DNA from: Perkinsela sp. CCAP 1560/9
Taxonomy: Eukaryota > Protista > Euglenozoa: Kinetoplastea
Direction of reading: 5' to 3'
NCBI GenBank assembly: GCA_965644495.1
Contig: CBFFSA010000014.1
Location: forward strand, 248,001-312,000
Length of the DNA stretch: 64,000 nt
In this document: positions 57,173 through 64,000 of the stretch, piece by piece
Layout: each line of letters starts with the position of its first letter
How positions within the stretch are numbered: the first letter of the stretch is position 1
Program-made: the position numbers and the translations under genes
Notes under the pieces: model-generated
Told to the model about the DNA's origin: nothing
Database searches by the model: none
What the model saw: only the letters and a program-made list of their open reading frames with translations

Positions 57173-57775
57173 CTAATCGTCCCCCTTTTCCTTGACAGAA
57201 TTCTCAGAAACTTGCACTTCCTCGTCTAAGAGCAGCCATACAGCTTTTAGGGCCGGTGCTTTTTTGATAATTCCAATTTCATTTTTATATCTCATGCCAC
57301 TAAAATTTCGCACGAATATGTGTTTAATATCTGTGATTCCGTACAGATTCTTTAGATAGCTTCGTATTTCGGGTCGCGACGCCTCAGGGGTAAATAGGAA
57401 CATAGGCATTTTAGTTTCCTGGTTTAGTACGGAATCAAGAACCATGGTACATTCCACATCGGGAAAATGATGAAACATATATTCGTCATAATTCGCCCAC
57501 GACTTACGAATGCCTTGAGGTACAGGCTTGGGTCCTTGGGCCAGGCGCCGTGTTATGTATCCATGTACTCCGGGAATGGGATTCGTGATAATTTGGCGCT
57601 GAGTATAATCTTTGTTCTCGGGAGGTTCTGGAAAAGGGTTGGGATCCGGGGGCCTTGTTCGCTGGAATCGATAAATATGACTCTCATTTCGATACACATT
57701 CGATTTATTGTAGCGATTTTGCAGATACCCATTCACTGGTAAATAAAATCGGCACGCTACAGACGTAGGACGCAT
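57173..57775 (-). CDS. Mitochondrial ribosomal protein uL23m
   Basis: F..TPEASRPEIRSYLKNLYG...V.NFSG...KAVW L23 core; presequence-like start. Confidence 0.8.
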   Translation of the reverse strand: MRPTSVACRFYLPVNGYLQNRYNKSNVYRNESHIYRFQRTRPPDPNPFPEPPENKDYTQRQIITNPIPGVHGYITRRLAQGPKPVPQGIRKSWANYDEYMFHHFPDVECTMVLDSVLNQETKMPMFLFTPEASRPEIRSYLKNLYGITDIKHIFVRNFSGMRYKNEIGIIKKAPALKAVWLLLDEEVQVSENSVKEKGDD

Positions 57776-58184
57776 TAAGTGTGTAAATTTTACATTAAAA
57801 AAACATAGGTTACTCTAGGCGCTCTATTTCAGCCCACTCTATTTCAGCCCTCTTAATGTGGCTAATATCCCAGAGAAAGAGGAGAACTGGTTTTCAATGT
57901 CATTGTCCAAAACATCAAATTGATATTCTATTTTCTTGTACAACCATTCTGTTTGAATTTGATCGTGAACGACGCTAGCAAACATTTAAAGCGCACCACG
58001 CTTTTATCAAAGACCATCTCAATCTTAGCTGTAGATGTGCTCAATCTTAGTTGTAGATGAAGTAACTGTTGCAATAGTAGACGTCAATAGTTGACGTCTG
58101 TAAATCGCCATAATCCATGAAGTTTATAAATTCCAATTGAACCAATGTATCGTAAATTGACTTTGACATTCAAAGCAATGTATT

Positions 58185-58385
58185 TTACGCAAAAGGCGAT
58201 CTTGTTCGCATGTTGTGAAAGATCTGAAGCACTGCCGACCCTAGAACAACAAATAGAAGCACGGCTAGCACCGCTGGGCCAACGGCGTTCTTCTTGGTTA
58301 TACCAGCTTCTTTTTTGGATTGAGTACGTCCGATGTGACCATGATGCTGCGCCGCTCGTCTTCTAAGCACTACAGGCTGGCCCAT
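58185..58385 (-). CDS. RAMP4: RAMP4/SERP1 ER translocon-associated protein
   Basis: VGP.VLA.LLFVVLGSAVLQI; 66 aa. Confidence 0.85.
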   Translation of the reverse strand: MGQPVVLRRRAAQHHGHIGRTQSKKEAGITKKNAVGPAVLAVLLFVVLGSAVLQIFHNMRTRSPFA

Positions 58386-58974
58386 AAACTTTAACTGTAA
58401 CTAAAGATTTTTAAAAATCTACTCGAGATAATTAGTAGTGATGTTTGCGCTCTTTCAATAAAGAAATATAGTTAAGAATAGGAAACATATTTTCTTGTAT
58501 CATGAGGTGCGTGACCCTTTTTTCTTTAAGACATACAATATTTAAAACGATTAATAGATTAAAAGAAGATAAATGGAAATACAATGTAATTTAAGCCCTA
58601 TTGCCGCCTGCCCTCCACTGCAAATACTTCTATCTTTTGTTAGCTAATATACATAATTCTATTATCCTTAATATTTTAAGTATTTTGATGTTTTCTAAAA
58701 TAATTAACATTTTTTCAACATCATAAAATAATAAAAATACGAATCTATCGATCAATTATCGCCCGTTGATTGCTTATTAGACATCTTCCTTCTTTGCACA
58801 GAATACGAAAAGGTAATTTAGATATACATGTGAAATTTTGGGAGTCTTTATTTAATATTTAAAAATATTTTACTGAATTACGTGTAATATTTACCCCCAA
58901 AGAAAATTTATCACCCAAAGAAACAAAAAACCTCAAAATAATAATTCTTAATCCAAATTACATACCGCAATTTA

Positions 58975-59586
58975 TTAATTATCCTTCACGCATTCTATCT
59001 GCGTATCAACGAGACACACCTCACACGGATTCCCATCCACAACAGGTAACAATGATGAGCGACTCACTCCTTGCAACTTCACATTTTTTCCGAGGTTCAA
59101 CTCGGACAGATTCGTTGGCAGCTTATCCATGTTGGTGAAGCCCTCCAGATCATTGTCATCGACCTCAAAGCACTCCATAGTATCGGGCAATCCCTCCAAG
59201 TCGAGCTCACCTGTAAATTTATTTGAGGACAAGGTAACCTCCGTCATTGCACGAGGTAAATCTTTGACTGCAATGCCTCCAGACAATTCATTTCCTGGGA
59301 AGCGCAAGTTTATTATCGTATCGGGCAAGTGTGCCCAGGATAGTTCACCGCGGAGGGGTTCGTTGAGTGCGTGCCACCCTACATATTCGAATTCTGTTGG
59401 ATTCTTTTCCTCGTCGCAAGTCACACCATACCATTCACAAAGAGGTGTAGTTGCATTCCACGTGGGATGTGGATTCTCAATGTCTTTTATAAACAAGGCT
59501 AATCCGTATTCTTGAGGTAGTGCCGCTTTCACTTTGCCGAGCCGCGTGGATTCCGATTCAGCGTCCGCTGTGTGGAGAGAAAGCAT
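58975..59586 (-). CDS. Short LRR family protein
   Basis: RLGKVKAALPQEYGLALF leader, CEWYGVTC cap, LRRs. Confidence 0.9.
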   Translation of the reverse strand: MLSLHTADAESESTRLGKVKAALPQEYGLALFIKDIENPHPTWNATTPLCEWYGVTCDEEKNPTEFEYVGWHALNEPLRGELSWAHLPDTIINLRFPGNELSGGIAVKDLPRAMTEVTLSSNKFTGELDLEGLPDTMECFEVDDNDLEGFTNMDKLPTNLSELNLGKNVKLQGVSRSSLLPVVDGNPCEVCLVDTQIECVKDN

Positions 59587-59643
59587 TTTTTGAAAAGTAA
59601 TATTTTAAATATTATTTTTCAAAAAAATGCCTTCGTATACATA

Positions 59644-59790
59644 TACATGTCGTACGACGTTCGTCTGTCAACATCTCATGTTGACAGATGTTGTACATGT
59701 GACTGAATAGATGTATGACATACATCTATTCAGTCACATGTACATCTCCGTTCGTCAGAACGAAACGTATGACGTTTCGTATGACATGTA
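59644..59790. repeat. Multi-armed palindrome
   Basis: Perfect 26-bp arms at 59692-59744, 11-bp hairpin at 59664-59688, outer 14-bp stem with one mismatch. Confidence 0.9.
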
Positions 59791-61456
59791 CATCTGTTCT
59801 ATACATGAGTCCAAATAATTTTGACTATTTTGTGGCTGCCTTTCGTAGATATACACGAGTGCAAACAGTACACAATACAGTAGAAACGTCGTAAACAATC
59901 CGATACGTACTCTATCCAGTATACAATTATCCAGTACGTGCAGTACAACAAAGAACTGCAACAAGAAATTAGGATGCAAATCTCACTTTCGCCATTTTTA
60001 TCATTCTTGGGAAGAACGGGCTGTTGAAAACATGAAAGGTTTGGTCCTGCAGTACCACAACAAGTCAGATACTACACGACGAAGTTAGTGAAATGGCCAT
60101 CAAACTGAACAAACGGCCACTAAGGTGTTTAAAATAAGTTTCACCAAAGAGCTTGGAAGACAAAATTTTACTATAAAGAGATGCAACATAAAAGCAACGA
60201 AGTTGTAAAGCAGTAAAGGCAAAACAATTGAGTTGTAAGATTGAGTCCCAAGTTTGAATGAACACAGGAAAGACTCGATTATTATTAGGTTTCCAGCACG
60301 AGCTGAATAGTGATATTTTTCCCAACTCATGGATTCTTGCGGTGCTCCTTTTTAATAATCATTTCTTTTTAGTGAAACTCTGAAACTATCTACAAGTATT
60401 TAAAATTTTTGGTAGGTACGAGGATCTCCAATTGCTCGTCACGATTTTCTGCACTGCCTTCTAAAACTATTCTGTCTTCTTATTGCCCAGCGAACAGAAG
60501 ATGTTCGATGCGCTTCAGTCATGCAGCAGGAATCTATGCTAAATGAATGTGGAATGCACGTAGTGAATAGCTTATATTCACTCTTGTTCTCCACTCTTGT
60601 TCCACATTTAGTCGGGTCGATAATTTTCTGACGCGAAAGAATCTTTCGAAGTCATGGTCGACGTGTGGACGAAGAATTTCTTCCTAAAAAACGAAGTGTT
60701 AACGCAGAAACCTAGGAGAGCTTCATGAAACTGATTCAGATTGTGATTATCCTCTAGATCTTTAGAGATATAGTAGAGGTACCGTACAACATAAAAAGTG
60801 TTCTGGTCCGTTCCTTATTGAGCCAACAGTGATCGCCTAGTGCTCCTCCCTATCATCCGAATTCTACCAAAAACACTCATAGAATGTTAAAATTAAAGGG
60901 CATCGTGTAAAAGGGTGTCCCTAGGGACAATACTGTAACCCGGACGGTCTGAATCACGACTAGATCTAATCATGAATAGACAGAGAAAGGAGATACAGAG
61001 GACAAAAAAAATAAGATGACAAAAAATGAAGATGATATAAAAAATACCTTCGTCCTGCACTTTCATCCAACACTTTTAACTCGTACATTCAATAAGCCAA
61101 TTTTTTCAGTTTGTGCGTAAGTGGCGCAAAGGTCCCACATTAAACATATCAAACGGAGAGTACGATTAACCACTCGCATTAGGCGATCATCTCAATCATG
61201 CATGTCGTCAACTGACTATAATTTTCGTATTTCGAGTATCCACAGAAAGTATATGTAAAGTCTGAGGCATAAGACTTTTCTTCAGCTCACCTCGGAGATT
61301 TTCATTATGATCCAACATCAGACTTCGCAAACCTGAAGGTAATGTGTCCAACTGTACCCAGCCTTCAAATTGATTTTTATGAAGCATCAGATTATAGAGA
61401 GTTGGTGGGAGACCACGTAGATCCGGAGTTCCCGCAAAGGCATTGCAGCCGATGGT

Positions 61457-62070
61457 TATGATCATACGCTCGTGGCGCAGAGATACGTCTCTCTGTGTGA
61501 CGGCCGATACCATCGGCGCATGACCCGCATACGACGGGTGTCACACAGAGAGTGGAGTGCGAGGTAGGAGACGAGACGCCCATCGGTCATGCTACAGCAC
61601 GTATAGCCATGGTTCATGCTGCAACACGGTCAAGCCGTGGGTTCATGCTGTCAGATGGTCTATCGTGGATCATGATGCATCATGGGGAGGTCCGTTACCG
61701 CCGCACTCGCTACAGCATGTAGGGAGAGAGGCGTGCAAGTTCGCATCCCCTATACACGCATACAACGTGTCCTCCCGCTGTAGCACGCCCAGTGGTCCTC
61801 AAGGGAGGCCACCATGGCGCATAGCTCCCGGGAGAAGAAAGCACGAGAAGGAGAGAGCCGGGGAGGGAAGAAAGCTCACTCGAAGAGAGCGAGCCGGGGA
61901 GGGGTGAAGAGTGCGAAGTGCGTCCCCTACTTCCGCGACAAAGAGGGACAGTTTCAGCTAGCCGTCAGCCGGAAACGGGCATTTAAAAGTAAGAATACGC
62001 CCGTTTCCGGGAAAAGAAAGGAAGGGCTAGCAAAATGTACCAACAAGGTACAGAAACTGTATCTTTATGC
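61457..62070 (-). mobile_element. SL-headed structured insert A (614 bp)
   Basis: Begins GCATAAAGATACAGTTTCTGTACCTTGTTG|GTAC; absent from the paralog. Confidence 0.8.
62041..62070 (-). ncRNA. Spliced-leader (mini-exon)-like sequence followed by GT donor, copy A
   Basis: GATACAGTTTCTGTAC matches the conserved kinetoplastid SL core; TTG|GTA at canonical spacing. Confidence 0.75.
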
Positions 62071-62139
62071 GAGCGTCACGAGCTCTGGAGGAAGATGACT
62101 TAAATCAGCGATTCCCGATAGTTTATTCGCCGTTATTTT

Positions 62140-62714
62140 TTGTTTATCATGCGCTCTTTGGCGCAGAGATAATCCCCTTAATGCGACGGCCGATGTCATC
62201 GGCACATAATCCGCCCACAACGGATGTCGCCAAAGGGGATTCGACGCGGACTCTGTCGGTAGAGAGGTCCAGACAACTCGCCTCTCTTTACGCAGCCGGA
62301 GGGGCGTACTGCAACCGACTCGGTCCCAGTCGGTAGAGGTGGTCCAGGCAACTCACCATCTCTTTACGCAGCCGGAGGGGCGCACTGCAACCGACCGCTG
62401 CCTCGCGATAATGCAAGGCAGAGTCACGCCCGGTGGTCCTCAAGGGAGGCCACCATGGCGCATAGCTCCCGGGAAGAGACAGGCGCGAGAAGAAGAAAGC
62501 CGGGGAGGGAAGAAAACTCACTCAAGGAGTGAGCCGGGGAGGGGTGAAAAGTCGGAAGTACGTCCCCTACTTCCACGACAAAGAGGGACAGTTTCCGCTA
62601 GCCGTCAGCCGGAAACGGGCATTTAAAAGGAAAATGTATGCCCGTTTCCGGGAAAAGAAAGGAAGGGCTAGCAAAATGTACCAACAAGGTACAGAAACTG
62701 TATCTTTATCGTTA
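62140..62714 (-). mobile_element. SL-headed structured insert B (575 bp)
   Basis: Begins TAACGATAAAGATACAGTTTCTGTACCTTGTTG|GTAC; ~285 nt highly similar to insert A; 3' boundary uncertain by a few nt within an A-run. Confidence 0.8.
62682..62714 (-). ncRNA. Spliced-leader-like sequence followed by GT donor, copy B
   Basis: As copy A, plus TAACG, which occurs near the 5' end of known SLs. Confidence 0.75.
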
Positions 62715-63620
62715 CAGGTGAAGCAAAGTTTTCGGTAAACAGGTGAAATCGATTGACCCAGTGAAAATATTATGAGCGAAGTTAGCGTCCATGGTTTGTG
62801 GCGGTAATTCATTGAGAGACAACTCCCCAGTAAGCTGATTATTGGAAACAAGAATTTGGAGCACTGAGCATGGGAGATATTTCAAAACAATAATGCCGTT
62901 TAGAGCACACTTTCCCCAACGCAACTGCGACACATTATCTCCCTTGTCACATATCACATGATTCCATTCACATGCTGGCGTGTTGGTATTCCAAGAGGGA
63001 TCGGTATTGCTGACGTCTTTAATAAAGTTTGCAAGTTCGTATTCTGGTGGGACGTTGGCACCACGAATCCGACCGGGACGTGACGACGGAACGTCCTCTG
63101 CCATACGTATAATATACATGTATGAAGGAAAACTGTGATACATAGCGCAATCGGAATAATACGTTTAGGGGAACAGAGAATCAAAGAAAAACGTAAATAG
63201 ACTCATGTATTTGGTGAAATAACGTGAATGAAATTTACCATCAAAAATATTTGCAAAACGAGCTCCTCAATTCGGAAAAGAATATAGGAATTTCCTGTAC
63301 TGAGTGATATAAAATTTTCAAAAAAGAAATGTGTCTTGCGGAGCGCAATGACTCCAATGATGGAGTTTTCAGATCCCTCAACCGATACCGTTCACATGCT
63401 ATCTTTCATTTACATGATGTTGCTTTGATAATCGAATGGAGATTGAGCATCTCCAATGTACCGCATTTATGTGAGACGTTTTTACAATGAATCCGACCAG
63501 CACGTGTTGTGTTCATTTAAGCAATGCCCTCAGCTGCCCAGAAAATGAAGTATCTTACTATAGGGAACATCTAATGCTAATTCGAATAATATTATAAATT
63601 ATTATGTGACAGGGCAATGG

Positions 63621-64000
63621 CTATTCCAAACATTGGTTCACCACTCGAATTAGGTTCGGGTTCTCCAAGGCAGCAGCCACGCGTTCCATATCATTCAGTT
63701 GCTTGTTGACGCTAGTCTCCTGGTAGTGCGATCCAGGCGTCACCTCCACTCTCACATGAAACGACTTTGGCAGCGTACGCATTAATTTCACACGAATACA
63801 CAACCCGATGAGTGTACTCATACCACAGTGGGGTACAGTTGGGGTGAAGCGCACACGAAGACTTGTGTAGCGAGGCGGGATGGTTCTGTTCTGTAACTTT
63901 GCTAACTCCTCCGGGGAGGTAAGTGTAACACTGCCAAGCTCCAATACGCGCAACTCTTCTAGAGAATTTGGATGCTCAGGGTCCTTGATATCTTTTATTA
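63621..64000 (-). CDS. CIA2: CIA2/MIP18/FAM96 cytosolic Fe-S assembly protein (5' end outside window)
   Basis: [43 protein letters not shown]. Confidence 0.95.
   Translation of the reverse strand, partial: IKDIKDPEHPNSLEELRVLELGSVTLTSPEELAKLQNRTIPPRYTSLRVRFTPTVPHCGMSTLIGLCIRVKLMRTLPKSFHVRVEVTPGSHYQETSVNKQLNDMERVAAALENPNLIRVVNQCLE

Larger units (their letters stand above)
61208..63143 (-). pseudogene. LRR gene in three pieces (63143-62715, 62139-62071, 61456-61208) split by two SL-headed inserts; joined pieces give an intact 248-aa ORF
   Basis: Collinear with 49058-49798; no stops or frameshifts within the pieces. It may be functional if the inserts are removed from the RNA. Confidence 0.85.

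Noticed and set aside
61489-61552. Hammerhead ribozyme
   Set aside because: No CUGANGA or GAAA core on either strand of the junction.
61457-62714. Canonical GT-AG introns or ordinary SL RNA genes
   Set aside because: Boundaries are not GT-AG. Using the SL donor leaves an in-frame TAA. After GGTAC there is no visible pairing partner for GTTTCT and no clear T-tract terminator at the usual distance.

Overview
Eukaryotic nuclear DNA that looks kinetoplastid. All recognisable host genes (about 28) lie on the minus strand, show no canonical introns, and several are preceded by polypyrimidine-AG tracts. The expanded short-LRR family and the DNA transposons point to a prokinetoplastid, possibly Perkinsela-like (inference). 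Housekeeping genes include NTH1, an SRP40-domain protein, a YjjX-like ITPase, Rab-GDI, a CDK-like kinase, PEX22-like, sideroflexin, V-ATPase F, NARG2/ICE2-like, TVP15-like, RPN11, a GT11 fucosyltransferase, uL23m, RAMP4 and CIA2/MIP18. Eight LRR genes are interspersed. Intergenic DNA is rich in mobile elements: an intact Merlin/IS1595 element, Tc1 and pogo-like relics, an RLE retrotransposon fragment, an IS30-like fragment, many TA-flanked MITEs and a 1.7-kb segmental duplication. Top finding: the LRR gene at 61208-63143 is split by two related ~600-bp sense-oriented inserts. Each starts with a spliced-leader (SL)-like exon plus GT donor and ends in a covarying three-way junction. They sit at the same position of consecutive LRR repeats, and removing both restores an intact ORF collinear with the paralog at 49058-49798. 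Second finding: ~1-kb GC islands with a C-to-G skew inversion recur about every 8-11 kb. All calls are by eye; no searches were run.
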